NCBI RefSeq assembly: GCF_009914755.1
Contig: NC_060942.1
Length of the DNA stretch: 64,000 nt
From: the human T2T-CHM13v2.0 reference genome, Homo sapiens
Strand: one strand, 5' to 3'
In this document: in pieces, positions 44,291-59,480 of the stretch
How the letters are laid out: each line of letters opens with the position of its first letter
Position numbering within the stretch: position 1 is the stretch's first letter
Position numbers and translations under genes: made by a program
Notes under the pieces: model-generated
What the model was told of the DNA's origin: nothing
Databases searched by the model: none
The model's input: only the letters and a program-made list of their open reading frames with translations

Positions 44291-46653
44291 ATTGCCCAAT
44301 ATATGTTTTATGGAAGAACAGTCCCACAAGATAATCTGTGAAAATGAAATAATAAATCTGTTAAACACTCTTCACTGTATTGACTCTCCTTGAAATCAGC
44401 TGTTTGCCTCCTCTGTCTCCTCAAAAATCTTCATTAAAATATATTTTACTAGAAAGTGATTTTATACTTGAATTCAGAGGGTTTAAACAATTTTTGTGGG
44501 GGAGATAGAAAAATGAGCTGATACTGTACTCAAAGGAAGAGAGGATGAGCTCACAGGGGCAAACCAGGAGGCCCCCATCACTTAGAGATGATACAACTGA
44601 TGGTTTTTTTAAATAGACACCCAAGTTTGAATGAGATGCCATTTTTAAGGAACCTTCAGTCTTTATTAGTGATTCTTTTACCCAGTTCCTCTTACATGGT
44701 TTGTGGCAGAGGGCACATGCAAAGAATGCAGGCATCACCGTACATTCCCATAGGTCAACACATTAGGACTAAGATTTGTCTCTCTTTGCAAACCCGACTT
44801 TATTTGTTAATATAGCCTAGTGGAAATTGAGGGGGATCTGGAATGATGGCTTAAGAATGTATACAATGCATATATAGTGGTACTGTACCAGTGCCTTTTC
44901 AGGTTGCCTGTTAATTACCGAGAGATCTGAGCCTTATCTGACTTCAATTTTTATAGCTTTTTACAACTTTACTTGTCCTTGCCCTCGACTAAGACTTTTA
45001 ATAACCATCTCCTAAAAAAGTTTGCAGATCATGTTATTAAATGCTTTTTGAGGAAGAATGAAGTGTTTGCTGTGGATAAGGAAAGATTTTTCTTTGTAAA
45101 TTAAAATATTTGATATTCAGTCCATGTTTATTGGAAGAATAAAGCAAACAGATCCTTCAACAGCACTAGGAGAACCTGCAGGGGTTTTGTAATTGGGGAC
45201 CTTTGCAAATAATCATCAGTTGATGGCAAGGACTGGAACAAATGCTCCTTTGAAATAGATTCCAACTCTAGGATTATGTGTGACTGTGAAATGACGAGTG
45301 TAAACCACATCACAATAATAATCCTTGTTATTTTGCTGGCAATTAATTGATGCTTTTCAGAGTGACAAGTACTATAATGACTATGTGACATAAGAAACGG
45401 TATCAAAGAATGACAAAGCCATAGTGACATTATTGCTCTTTCAGTGTGGTTCATAGACAATGAGGCAGCTATAAAAATAACTTCATTAGTGATTAAAAGG
45501 ATAAATGCCATTTGGTTTACTGTAAGTGATTAGTATAATTTTTTCTACAAATATTCCTCTAGAGTACACTTGGAACTATACTGATTCATTTATTTGTGTT
45601 ACTTTATCTTATTTTAAAAAGGTTTTAAAGTAGTTCACAGAGATCCATAGAGTATAGCATGATAAAACTAAATGGAAAAAGAAATCAAAGAAACAATGAG
45701 GCAAGGGGAAACTAAGTTTAAATAAAATGAATTCAGGATAGTGTGGTTTAGTGCCCAAAGGCATGACATAAAGTGCTTTCTGGGGAACAATAAAAAAGAA
45801 AGAGAAATCATTAGGTACACAATTAATATGATCCATAATTTATATTAAAAATCAGTTCCTATGGGATGCAAAATTATATCTGGTACTGTAAGCTGATGCC
45901 CATACATGCTGATAGAGAAGGCGCTTTTTATTGTAAAGACCAAAGTACTAGAATGATATCATTAGAGTAAACATAGTAAAAAAATTCATAGGACTATCCT
46001 ATTTTTAACTAACCTAAGTCCACATTCAAATAATAATCTCTTTTTGTGTAGTGCAGTTACCTTGTAACAGCATATTTCTGGTTCTCTTCTCTAAATCTTA
46101 TAACACTCTTAGTATTCATTTCATTTATCCATATGTTATGATCAATCACCTCATGCATTATTACTGTTATTATTTTAAACAGTTATCTTTTGATCAACTA
46201 AAAAATTAAAATATTTGACTTTCATGTTCTCTTCTCCAATGCTCATCCTTTATTTAACTAGATCCAAGTTTCTGACCTATGCCATCTTCCTCCTTGTTGA
46301 AGAATTCCTTTTAACATTTCTTAAAGGGACAGTCAGCTGGCAATGATTTCTCTCAGTTTTTGTTTTTGTTTTTCTATCTAAAACAGTCTTCATTTATCCT
46401 TCGATTTTGAAAGATAGTTTTGCTATACGTAGAATTATATGTTGAGATATTTTTTCTTTAAAATCTTTAAATATTTTACTTCCCCTCTTCTTGCTTACAT
46501 TGTTCTGACAAGAATTTATTATTCTTGTTCCCCTATAGATAAGGTTGTATTTTCCTCCTCTGGCTTATTTCAATAATTTGTCTTTATCTTTGTTTTTTCT
46601 TTTTACATTTTTAATATATATACCGACCTGTAGCTTTAAAAAAAAAATATTTA

Positions 46654-47000
<347 letters not shown>

Positions 47001-47442
47001 TCAAGCTACATGTATCTATGGTTCAGTTTCTGTCATAAATTTTGGAAAGTCTCAAGTCATTATTAATAAAAATACTTTTTCTGCTTCATGTTATTTTTCC
47101 TCTCATTCTGATTCTCCAATTATATGTATGTTATACCTTTTAAAACTGGTCCACATTTCCTAGACTTTTTAAAAAATATTGTTTTTTCTCCTTGTATGTC
47201 AGTTTTGGAAAATTATCTTGTCTGTCCAATCTTCAAGCTCACTGTTTCTTTCCTCATCTGTGTCCAGTCAACTGATAAGCCTATCAAAGACTTTTCCATT
47301 TTTCTTACAGTTTTTTGACATCTGGCATTAATTTTTATGCTTTTATAGAGTTTCTACATCTCTGTTTACCTTATGCATTTAATCTTTCATATTGTTTTCT
47401 TTATCCACTAGAGCTGTTAACATATTGATCACAGTTATTTTA

Positions 47443-47826
<384 letters not shown>

Positions 47827-47964
47827 CTATCAGACTATCTGATTTGTTCTCTGAGTTTTGTTCTGATGCTTGTTTTGTCTCTTCAGATTGTGTTTTTTCT
47901 TAGTGTTTTCCATGCCTTGTAGTTTTTTGTTGAAAGCCAGACATGTTTTGTTGGGTAGTAAGAA

Positions 47965-48331
47965 CTGCCTTAGTACATTTGGATTGCTATAACAAAAATG
48001 ACATAGACTGGGTGGCTTAAAAAACAAAAGTTTAATTCTTACATTTCTGAAGGTTGGGAAGGAAGAGATCAAAGTGCCAGCTGATTTGATTCCTGGTGAT
48101 GGCCCTTTTCTTGATTTGCAGACAGGAACCTTCTTGCCATATCCTCACATGTTGGAGTGTGAGATTATCTCACTTGTGTCTCTTTTTATAAGGGTGCTAA
48201 TCTTATTTATGAGCACTGCATCCTCAAGACCTAATTACCTCCCAAATGCGCCACCTCCAAATACCATCACATTGAGGTTTAGGGCTTCAACATATTAACT
48301 CTGGAGGGATACAAACATTCAGTCCATAGCA
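47965..48331 (-). mobile_element. MLT1A-type MaLR LTR
   Basis: tgccttagtacatttggattgctataacaaaaatgacatagactgggtggctt...acaaacattcagtccatagca. Confidence 0.85.
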
Positions 48332-49289
48332 TGAACTCAAGTGAATAGGCTTTTAGTGTGAGGATTTATTATTTGTCTAGAAGTTGGGCTGCATTTAATG
48401 TTTGTTGTAGCTGTGGATATCAGAAGCTTAAAACTCCTCTAGTATCTTTGCCTTTTTTTTTTTTCCTTGATTTGGGGTTTCTTAAGTTCTCCTCCTTTGA
48501 ATAACAAGTCTATCTGTTGTTTGTTTAGCTGCACTCTACTGTTGTACTGAAACCCTATTGGTATAAAAGTTAGGTGGGAGGGGGGAACATTCTTTAATGT
48601 TGAGATTAAATCTTAGTCTTTTAGTGGCCCTTTGTCTCTGGGCTTTAATCTTCACAAAGCTGTATAGTGCCCTCTCAACTCTTCTCTAGCTGTATAGAGC
48701 CCCCTCAACTCTTTCATTGAGAGAGGAAGGATGGGGGTGTGAAATGGCAAGAATGTCCTTTCCCCAGTTGAGATAAGTCTCTGGTAAAGATTTTTCTCCT
48801 GAGGAGGAAACTGTTGTTATGAAGAACTCCCTGTTTATTTCACAATGGTTAACTTCCTTTTCTTCCTGCCTGAGACATCTGGGGATCTTGCATGGATCTT
48901 CACCATGATAGCTGAATGGGGCTACTGGAGAGAAAATACCTGAAGGTGGGCCCTCTCCTGAGTGTAAGCCCTAGGATTTCTCACTGGTTCAGTCGTCCAC
49001 ATTTAGCTGTCAGAAAATTGTCAAAATTCCCATGTAAGCATTTCTACCAGTTTATGTGAATGGTTCTGCTCCAGATAAGCAAGAGTCTTAGTGATGGCTT
49101 GTGTTTACCTCTCTCTTCAGGTTACTGGGTAGAAGTTAGCCTTGAGTTCTTTGATGTGTTCAAGGAAAGTCACTGAGTTTCAGTTTGTCCAGCTTTTTCT
49201 TATTATACGTATGGAAGAGTGACTTCTAAGCTCTTTATATATTGGGGCTGAAACTGTAAGTCCCTGTCTTGAATTTTATTTGTTTGGGT

Positions 49290-49535
49290 TTTTTTTTATT
49301 ATTTTAAAACATTTTAACTGACGAAAGTTGTATATATTCAAGGTGTACAACATGATGAGTTGATACATGTATACACTGTGTAATGATTACCACAATCAAA
49401 TTAACACATTCATTACCACCCATAGTTACCACTGTGTGAGTATGGGTGTGTGTATCTGTGTAGGTATGTGGTGAGGTCACTTAAAATCTGCTCTCTTATT
49501 ACATTTCAAGTGAACAACACAGTATTATTAACTTT
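49290..49535 (-). mobile_element. L1MA-type 3' end
   Basis: gttgtatatattcaaggtgtacaacatgatg...gattaccacaatcaaattaacac. Confidence 0.8.
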
Positions 49536-49876
49536 TTTCCTACAAGTTTCACTTTTTAAATTAATTCTTGCTTCACCTCACTGGCCTTAAGGGGGCACTC
49601 CTTCTCTTTGATCACAGAGTCCAGGTATGGAAATAAGACAACTGGTATCCTCCCTTAATGGAGACTACTGGAACTTTGAAACAAGAATTTTCAGAAGACT
49701 TGAGCATAACACAGGGAAACGGTTATCACAGAAAGATTATGTGGTTTACAGGATACACATTATTTCATTAGAGCTTGGGGTTACCCAAGATGACCTCTTT
49801 GCCTAGCTTCCAATGTGCTTCTCTGTGGTCCATGTTATATTTCCCTCCAACCTCCTGGATCTCAGGAGGTCGTTAA

Positions 49877-49877
<1 letters not shown>

Positions 49878-49926
<49 letters not shown>

Positions 49927-49927
49927 C
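49878..49927. repeat. (TG)n(GA)n compound microsatellite
   Basis: Read directly. Confidence 0.95.
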
Positions 49928-50885
49928 AGATATTGAGTCTTTTCACGCGATGGTTTCCCTCAATGAGCAATTCATCCTCTTACCTTGTCTTTTCCACAAG
50001 ATCTTAAGAGGTTGGACCTCCCCAAAAGGTAACAGTCCATCTTAAAGGAGCAGAAAATCAGAAGGAATACATTTTTATGCTTGTTGGGTAGTAGACACCC
50101 AGTAAGGATTTGCTTAATCAATGAATAAATGACTCTAAGTCTAGGAATTTTAAGCTGAGGAAAATAGATTCAAAGCAAGAAATGGATTGGCTTTGAATGG
50201 TTTCTGATAATATCATTCTTTTAGAATACACAAGAAAAATCTGGAGAAAAAAAGAAAAGAAAAGCCTAAGGAAATGGTGGAATGGTTGTTACCATCACTT
50301 GCCTTTCCTGAAAAAAGGAATGCAGATACTTTTGGATATTTAGAATTGAGGATTAAATTAAAGCTGTTGTTTTAACAATCATAGTGGCCTAACTAATATG
50401 TTTGCATCCAGCACCACCACCCTACACATACTTTTTGACCTCCTCCAATTTGTCCTCCATTGATCACTTTGGGTGAATTTTCCAAAATATAAATTTGATT
50501 ATCTAATTTTTGTGCTGAAAATCTCTAAATTCCTGCTACTTAAAATTGACCACATCTATTTATTTGGCATTAAAATCCAATTTATTATTTTGCCTCAAAT
50601 TTTTGTTGTTGTTTGTTTGTTGTTTTGGTATATCATTGACCATTCTTCCTCAAATAATCTGTCCTTCAATAAAACTTCTTACCATTGTTAACCTAAACAA
50701 TGCATTTCCTGTAGTGACAGTGTCTGTTTTCCTTGTTGAACTCCTTACATCTGTGAAAACTCAGCTTACTTTCCATGAAAATACTTTCTTGAAGAGTCCC
50801 ACACTTTCGAAGTTTCAGTTGTACTGTGCCATAACTATTTTATTACTTAACATTTTGTAGTATAAAAATCAATTTATAAATTTTT

Positions 50886-51137
50886 GGCCAGGCACGGTGG
50901 CTCACACCTGTAATCTCAACACTTTGGGAGGCCGAGGCGGGTTCAAGTGATTATCCTGCCTCAACCTCCCGAGGAGCTGGGAGTACAGGTGCATGCCACC
51001 ATACCAGGCTAATTTTTTGTATTTTTAGTATTTGAGCCAAGATTGTGCCATTGTACTCCTGCCTGGGCCACAGAGTGAGACTCCGTCTCAAAAAACAAAT
51101 ACATAAATAAATAAAAATAAACAAATAAATAAATATG
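50886..51137 (+). mobile_element. Rearranged Alu with an inverted internal segment
   Basis: Sense 5' end (50886-50941), antisense middle (50938-51030), then sense 3' end and tail (from 51033). TSD AATTTATAAATTTTT at 50871-50885 and 51138-51152. Confidence 0.9.
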
Positions 51138-51812
51138 AATTTATAAATTTTTATTGCTTCCAATGCTTTCCTCAATTACGCAATATAAATAAAACCTAAC
51201 CTATTGAGTGTTTGTGAGGATTAAGTGAATCAATCTTTAGACAAGTATTGGATACAAAAGTACACACAGTAATGTTTGCTATGGTCATGACCATGAGGAT
51301 CATCACGGTGATGATGATGATGTAGCGACGCAGACTTGAGGGTATTGTTCGATCCATAAATAGTAGAGACACTTGAGGTTTGAGAGGGAAATCCAGGAGA
51401 GAGGAGACAAAATTTAGTGAAGTTAGGAAGATTAAAACCACACTGTTGATAGTATAGGGAAAGAGGAATGAAAAAAAAACAGGCATATCTGGTTAAAACT
51501 TTTAAGTATTTTGTTAGTAATTCTGTGATCTAACTTCCCCTTGTTCCCATATTCCAAATGAGACTGTAAAATATGATTACAATTAAAATTTTGGTTTTAG
51601 AGATTTCCTCCTGGGTTGTGAGAAGAGGTACTGAGTCCTGCTTCAGTGTGGTGTGGGGCACAAATAACATTTACAAGTGGGGATTGCTGACTTTACATCG
51701 CAGACTGCCTCTTCTTCTAACAAATGAGTCCTGTGAGGCATATCTTTTTTACCCCTCTTTATAGCACTTACCATTCCAGCTTTCACCACTGAAGAGGGAA
51801 AAATAACAAGGA

Positions 51813-52511
51813 TGATAAATAAAAATAAAATTATCAGCCCCAGGACCAACTATACAGACCCCCCGCCCCCAACGACCAACCTTTGGCCGAAGGGACACAA
51901 GAAAAACCTTAAAACCGAGTTCATGGCCATGACAGAATGGGAAGTCCCACACACCTTGTTATCTCCCCTCACTCCCTAGTTGACATGAGGTTTTCTTCCC
52001 TAAAAGCTAAGCAGAAACCAGCCCTTTTCAAGAGATTCCACTGTGGATATCAACCAACCGCTTGGCTACTGCCCCTCCTTTTGCAGTTTTGGCACACTAA
52101 CCAACCAGCCTTTCTTCTTGATAAGAGACCACCAAGGAAGCAGTAGTTCTGACCAGTCTTCAGAGGATGCACAGCAAAAACTTTCCTCTCTTCCGCTTCA
52201 CTTTTCGACATCAGAGGGCCAAATACTCTACCCTTGGTAGAGACATGAAGCCCAGTTGTACATTCACATGTTTCTCCATTCATAAATATTCATGACTCCT
52301 TCTATAGACGATTGAATATGTATATTTGCCCACCTCATTCAGCATAAATCCCTGTTCTAGTTGGCTGAGCCCCAGTGTATCTGTTTCTGGCTTCTGGCCA
52401 GAGGCTACACTTCCCCGACTGTCAGAATGGCTACCCTGGGGGCTGCAACACTTTATGAGAATTAAAGCTCTCCTTTCCAAATGTATGAACCTCATCATTT
52501 TTGAGTTGACA
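51813..52511 (+). mobile_element. ERV1 MER4-group solo LTR (MER49/MER39-like)
   Basis: tgataaataaaaataaaatt...aattaaagctctcctttccaaatgtatgaacctcatcatttttgagttgaca. Near-TSD AAGGA/AAGAA. Confidence 0.7.
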
Positions 52512-53844
52512 AAGAATATTAGAGTTTGTCTCTGAACTACCAAAAGTGAAGCCACTGGCATCCCAAGACTTGATTTTTCTTTTCTTTCCACTCTTAAAAC
52601 ACATTTCTTACCCTGTGGGTATTCCTGACTGGTATTCTGAGCCACATTCAGTTTGCTGATAGTCAACAGGGATAATGTATGCTTTTTTGCTTTCTTTCTC
52701 TATTACTAATCCCATTGCCATCCCCACTCAATATCTCCAATAAAACAGCCTTGTTGCCCCAATTTCTGATGCCTCTTTTATTACAACTCTTTATCAACTT
52801 ACTATGTCTGTCTCAGGTACTTTCCCTTTGAAACTTGGGACACTTTCTTAAGGCTGATCTGAGAAAATAAAAGTAATGCTTTTTGTTATGCAGCCCAAAT
52901 GTTCCCTCTCCAGCAATTAAGTACTCAGGGCAGAGGCTTTGATGAGTTACCTGCATTTATTTGGAGAAGGCACTCTCCAGGAGGTAAAGCTGGTCTTTGT
53001 TCATCATTTGTGTTTGAGAGCTTAAGTCCTGGAGTTATCTATCTATTTCAACAACTTTTATCCCCATTTCTCCCAGGAGGCTTCTAAGAGTCTCCAGCAA
53101 ACCAGATCAACCTGTTCTGATGAACTTGCACTCTGTACTGATTTCCCTCTTGCACCTTTTAACTAGAATTGGGCTTTGCAGAAGAGAAGCTTGATTTCAA
53201 ATTATTCCCAGCACAGTGCCAGTAGAGTATAGCTGCTCTTTGCTCCATTCCTTATCCATGTGAGTCTTAATGAGCATGGAAACCTATCAACATATTTGAC
53301 ATGTTAAGAGGTACCTCTTTATATGCATGTATTAAACCGTTAACACCTATATGTCATCCAAGAAGTCTCATATGAAGACAAGATTTTTTTTTAAATTCTG
53401 GATTTTCTTGCACATGGAAGATGTCATATTCTAAGACGTGCTTTCTGAAATTGATGTGACCTAATTTAGGAGTATTTTATAAAGCAGAAAATTAAGTAAT
53501 CTGGACTGAAATAATTGACCAAAGAGGCCAAGTTCAGTTTAGTCCACCTAATAAATAATTTCATTCTTGTTCATTTCCTTAAAATAGTTCATCAGCTTAT
53601 ATTAATAAAAATGATATGAAACAGAGCAATTATAATAAATAAGTAAATTGAGGAAGAGAGAGAAAGAAGAAGCAGGTGTCTGGAATCAGTTACAGCGAAA
53701 GAATTGACATGTAGCTCCGAGCCTTCTGTCAACAGGGTAGGATGCAGAAACAAATTTGGGTTGCAGCTGACATCTCTCAAAGGCTGTGTGCCAAGTCTGG
53801 TTCCAAGGGACTTTTTAACATATGAACTTCTTTTACTTTCACAA

Positions 53845-54002
53845 TTGCCCTATGAGGCAGGTACTATTGACACCCACATTTTACAGATGAGGAAACTAAG
53901 ACAAAGGAAGTTAACATAACTAGCTCAAGGTAACATGGTACAAGAGAGAGTTGGAATCTGAATTTAGGCAATGTGACTCTATGGTTTATGCTATTAACCA
54001 TA
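53845..54002 (-). mobile_element. MIR SINE
   Basis: ccctatgaggcaggtactatt...cattttacagatgaggaaactaagac. Confidence 0.85.
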
Positions 54003-55559
54003 ATGGTTCTTCTTGCTATCTACTAAGAGTTCACCAATAGATAAAAGCTTTTCCTTGCCCTGATTCTAAGATAACCTTACTTGGTAGAGCCGTGGACTTG
54101 GTAATGTAATGGAAACATGGAAATCAAAAATATGATGCTGGTTTTCCCAAAGAAATGATACATTCTTTACAAGCAAATTCTTTTGTTACTCCTTTAGAGA
54201 GAGAGCATTAACCTACAGTTCGGAGACATAGACACTTTGTTTTGTGGTGTTGGAACTTAGCACAGGGTCAGAATTTAAAGGTACTGGAAGATATCTCAGT
54301 TAACCTGTCTTGCTCATATTAGATGTTTTAAGCGAGATTTTGGAAGCACCTGCTTCAAATCAGTGTATAGTTGGCTTATTTAGCTAATGCTTTAAAAGAT
54401 GTAGGGCATATTGTTGATTAAAGAAAAAAATTATATACTGGTAGAGGTCAGTATGCTGGTTTATAGGATGGTGTTCTTATCTAAGTAAGCGCAGGGTAAT
54501 GGGGTAGGGATAGCTTGCTTTATCTTGACATACACGTGAGGTTTGGTAGGGTGAGTTGTGAAACTGGAAGGGACACATGAGGCCAGAAGAAAACATTAAG
54601 GTCAGGTGTAACTAATCAGTCTTCTCTATAAAAGAAACTTAGTATCTTATACAATATGCATTTTTAAAATCAGGGACTTTATATATTTTATTATTATATT
54701 TATTATATCAGACATGACATTTACTCTATGAATTAAAAGTTAAAGATATTGCACTAAATATGAGTTAATACAAGTAAATATGAATATATGCTATCTCTAA
54801 TTTTCAGAAGTTTAATTTTTAGAAGTTTAACTTAGATAGCCTTTCCAATTATATTCTTCAACAGAGTGTCAGATGATAAGAACTGAGGTGCAGAGTTAAT
54901 TATTAAACAAATCACACTTTAAAAATACTTCTACAGAAATAAAAGATTAATTTTGTTTTCAAAACGTGTCCTATATATAGGTTTGCTTTTCTCTTTATTT
55001 TACTGGTAGCCATCTTGTACTCCACTTGCTTTGCTATTTATTTACTCTGGAAGTAGAAAGGAATGTGGGGCAGGGAAGAGCAGTTGTAACATGTAATTTA
55101 CTCCAGCAAAAAGAAAAATTGTGTTTCTTGGTAAAAAAAAAAAAGCTTCAGTGCTCTTTTGCTAGTCCCTGTTTGTCATTACTCTCTCTTCCAGTAGAGG
55201 GCAGGATGTAGCAATCTGTGAACTCACACTTCTAAGGGGTTAAATGAGGAGGAGTATCATGCTCATTTCGAGTTGCTGTTTAAGTAATTAAAAAGCTGGG
55301 TTTTTTTTTCGTGGTGTATATGATCCTGGTTTCTTCCACTGAATCCCCTAAAGAGATATTGTGATAATTTTCAAAATACCGCATTGCAATAAATCAACAC
55401 CTACCCCAGTTCTCCTCTAGAATGCTTCCAAGGATTTCAAAAAAGAATTTTCCACCGTTGGCAAATAAGCAAGACAAATTTTGCTATGCATTACAGTCTC
55501 TATTCAGATGTTGTATTTTAGGACAAGAAAACAATATAAACGTTTATTATTAACTAAGA

Positions 55560-55810
55560 GGAGCCACACAGCAAATGCTTGCTGAACAGTGACACTTGTG
55601 CCTGGCATGCTCCCAGCTCTTGGGCTACAGATGCAAATGGAAGAGAAACTCTGCCGGCAAGGATCCTGCATTCCACTGAGAGGAGAAAAACAATCCAAAC
55701 AGAAATGGCCAAATAAATAAAATAATTTCAAGCACTTATAATTACTGGAATAAAAATGAAATAGGGTACACAATGTTGGGGTAGCCAGATTATCAGGAAA
55801 GACTCTTTGG
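55560..55810 (-). mobile_element. L2 3' end
   Basis: gcaaatgcttgctgaacagtgacacttgtgcctggcatgctccc...gccagattatcaggaaagactct. Confidence 0.6.
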
Positions 55811-56164
55811 GGACTGAGAGTCAGTTCCCCAAATTGCATATGGACTGCTTTCCCATAGCACATTTTTTTAGGGTCATGTTTTGGCACTAAGAACAACTTT
55901 TCCCATTAAAAGTGTAACATGGTGATTATATCCCTAGCACAGCTCATAAAAGACTCGCAGTCAGAAAACATAAACAAAGTACTGTTTGAATTCCGGATGT
56001 CTGCTTTAAACAGATCCCTTGACCTGTCTAACACTCTTCCCCTGCAATATCATGATCATAACAACTGGGAAGGTTATTGAGAACATTAAAGATAATGCAC
56101 AAGGGAGCCAAGTAAAGTACCTGGCATACAGTAGTGGTGGAGAGCTATAATCTATAATATAATC

Positions 56165-56388
56165 CTCTAGACAAACATTTTCTATAAAGGACCAGATAAT
56201 AAATATTTTTGGTTTTGTGGGCCATATCATCTTTGTTGTATCTACTCACTCAATTCTACTGTTATTGCGTGAAAACAACTATAAGCAGCATGTAATAAAT
56301 GAGCATGGTTGTGTTCCAATAAAACTTTATTTACAATAATGGGAGGCAGGCTAAATTTGGTCCACTGGCCTTAATTTTATGACCCTTG
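56165..56388 (+). mobile_element. MER58A hAT-Charlie MITE
   Basis: caaacattttctataaaggaccagataataaatattt...ggttgtgttccaataaaactttatttac...gacccttg. Confidence 0.85.
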
Positions 56389-56839
56389 TTCGGAATATAT
56401 GCATAGTTATGACTATATTGATAAAAGTATAAGTAATTGGAGTACATTATAATGCAATTTAACTCCCAAATATAGCAATAATTGTGTGATAAGAAGCATT
56501 TACTGATCTTTTTCAGTGTGCCAAAAATATGTCTCTACTCAGTCCAAGAGATAGGAACACTCCCAACTACCCAGTGTTTTCTGTTATAAACCAGAAGAGA
56601 TTTACTGCCTGGGCCATCCTTTCCTCACAGGAGAGCTGCTAAGGGATAGAGTGGGGTCTCTAGGGAGAGAGCTGGGTGCTTTATTTGTGAAAAAGTAGGA
56701 GCCATGGATCTAAGAGCTTCTCCACAAAATAACTTTCTAGGAACATGTCTCAATTCTGGGCTCTCAGGCCATCACTTAATTTTTCCTCAAACATGTCCAC
56801 TTATTGGCCCATCTCTTCCCTTTCTCTGGTCCAGGTTAG

Positions 56840-57052
56840 AACTTCTAAAGCAATCAAGTTGCCTCAGCATCACCTGGGAGAGCTTAGCTTACTAGATGAG
56901 AGCTTGCTGTGACCTAACTACACTATCATGCCCATCCCCCACCCCACCTACCCCCCTCTCTGATTTCAGATACAGCTGTGATGGCCCTCAGGCGTCTAAA
57001 TTTTAACACATATCACCCTAGGTCCTCCAGCTGATACTGAGAAATACTACTC
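56840..57052. mobile_element. MER5A-like hAT MITE
   Basis: cagcatcacctgggagagctt...tctgatttcag...ttttaacaca...gagaaatactactc. Confidence 0.55.
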
Positions 57053-57119
57053 CAGGGTAAAGAATTGTTTGGCATCAGGGGATGTGGATTAGCACAAAGT
57101 GAGGAAGTGAGGGCTGCTT

Positions 57120-57216
57120 TGGGAAGCAGAGGTTGCACTGAGCCGAGATGGCACCACTGTGTTCCAGCCTGGGTGACAAAGCAAGACTCCGTCTCAAAAG
57201 AAAAAAAAAAAAAAGA
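57120..57216 (+). mobile_element. Severely 5'-truncated Alu (last ~75 nt + A tail)
   Basis: gggaagcagaggttgcactgagccgag...ctccgtctcaaaag(a)n. TSD AAGTGAGGGCT(G/C)CTT at 57105-57119 and 57217-57231. Confidence 0.9.
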
Positions 57217-57879
57217 AAGTGAGGGCTCCTTCTTCTGAAGGAGAAGCAAGAATCACCTGCCTTCACACGGTAATTCTGCCACCACAGACACTTCTCATTG
57301 CCTGAAATATTCAGCTGAGTACCCAGAGAAGCACACTGGGGAAGTGAGAGAGATAAGAGAGGATGAGGAGAGAGAGAAGTAGAAGCCCACAGAAAAAGCC
57401 TGTGGACTGCTGGGCTGTCTTACCTTAATTTGTTCTTGAGGCTTGACCCAGCCCACAGTGTCTGGCACAGTGCTAGGCGCTATCTATTCATTGTGGCTGA
57501 AGAGCGGGGGTGTTTTATGCTAGTCATGAGAGAAAGCTTAACTGTTTTCACAATTAAGATGTGCTTATATCGCACACTTCTTCTCTCGCCTTCCCCACAC
57601 AAAAAGGAAATAAATTAAAATATTAGTCAAAATTAATACAGCTGACACTTTGTGAGAAATACTGCTTTAGGATAAAGAATTGTTTAGGATCAGAGAGATA
57701 CAGAATGGCGTTAAAATGGTATAATTTTACAATTAGAGAATAAACGAGATTTGGCATGTTTATTTGTGTTCATGTTGAACTTGTTTTGTTTTCTAATCAT
57801 AAGTTGAAGCTGTATGTAAATTTTAGGATTTTTCACTGATATGCAATAAATTGTTAGAGGAAGGAGAGCCTGGAAGCTA

Positions 57880-58054
57880 AGTTTCTGCTACTTTTTAGTT
57901 GAATGATATTGGAAAAGCTAATTTTGTCTTCCTGTGCTTTAGATTTCTCATCTGTAATATGAAAATAATGCTACCTCCCTAATAAACATGATAAAGGTGT
58001 AAGAAGTTCTACTCGCTAAGAGTAGACACATAGCGCACAAGGAATGCTAGCTAT
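57880..58054 (+). mobile_element. MIR SINE (interrupted by the LTR at its 3' end)
   Basis: cctgtgctttagatttctcatctgtaatatgaaaataatgctacctccc. Confidence 0.7.
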
Positions 58055-58581
58055 TGTAAACCAGTAAGCGTCTGAGACAGGTCTCAATCAATTTAGAGGT
58101 TTCTTTTGCCAAGATTGAGGATACACCTGGGAAAAAGAGATGCAAGTTATAGTAGGATCTGTGGCCTGTGATCCAAAGAGGGTTTTGAGGACTTCAGTGT
58201 TTAAAGGGGAAAAAGCAGGCACGAGGAGAAAGAGAAACAGTCAATTATGCATCTATCACTAGCTCAGTAAATCTGCATTTTACATATGATAAAGTAAACA
58301 TAGAGCAGAGGAAAAAGTCAAATATGCATCTGTCTTGGAGTGGGCTGAGGGATGATTTCTAGTCTTGTCTTTTCCCTATACTTGTGAAAATAAGGTGTGC
58401 ATTTACATTGCCAGGATGAGGGAGGCTACCTGAGGTAATATATGGCCTTCTGTCTTGCAGCTATCTGTGTAGGAACAAAAGGAGGGCAGAGTTTTGCATG
58501 GCTCCCTTTTGCAGCTTAACTTTTCCCTTTTGCAGCTTAACTTTTCCCTTTTGCATGGTGAGTTTAGGGTCCCAAGATATT

Positions 58582-59109
<528 letters not shown>

Positions 59110-59329
59110 CTGAGATTTTATTTACCTTTCATGCTATTATGGACCAGGGCATCAGACTGTTACCTGGCACTCCTCTCTGGTAATGCAGAAAATGTAGTAA
59201 ATCCTGCATTATCTCTATTTTTTCAGTTAAAACAGTGAAAAGAGGTAAGTTTTTATTGTCTTTGGTGGGAGCTCCTTATAGAAATATGGAATGCACTGGA
59301 CGTGTATTTGAAGAGTAACCAAATCATGG

Positions 59330-59480
59330 CCTCTATATCTGGACGGCAAGAGCTAAAATCACATCTCCACTGCTTACTAGCGTGCCACACTGGACAAGTG
59401 GTTAAGCTGTAGGTGCCTCAGTTTTCTCATGGACAAAAATAATGAGAAAAAACCCACATGGGATTTAAATGTGAATGAAA
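59330..59480 (+). mobile_element. MIR SINE
   Basis: ctccactgcttactagc...gtgcctcagttttctcat. Confidence 0.7.

Noticed and set aside
48658-48713. 30-bp imperfect tandem duplication; similar small ones at ~38098-38147, 54797-54830 and 59900-59928
   Set aside because: Ordinary slippage duplications in old repeat or AT-rich DNA.
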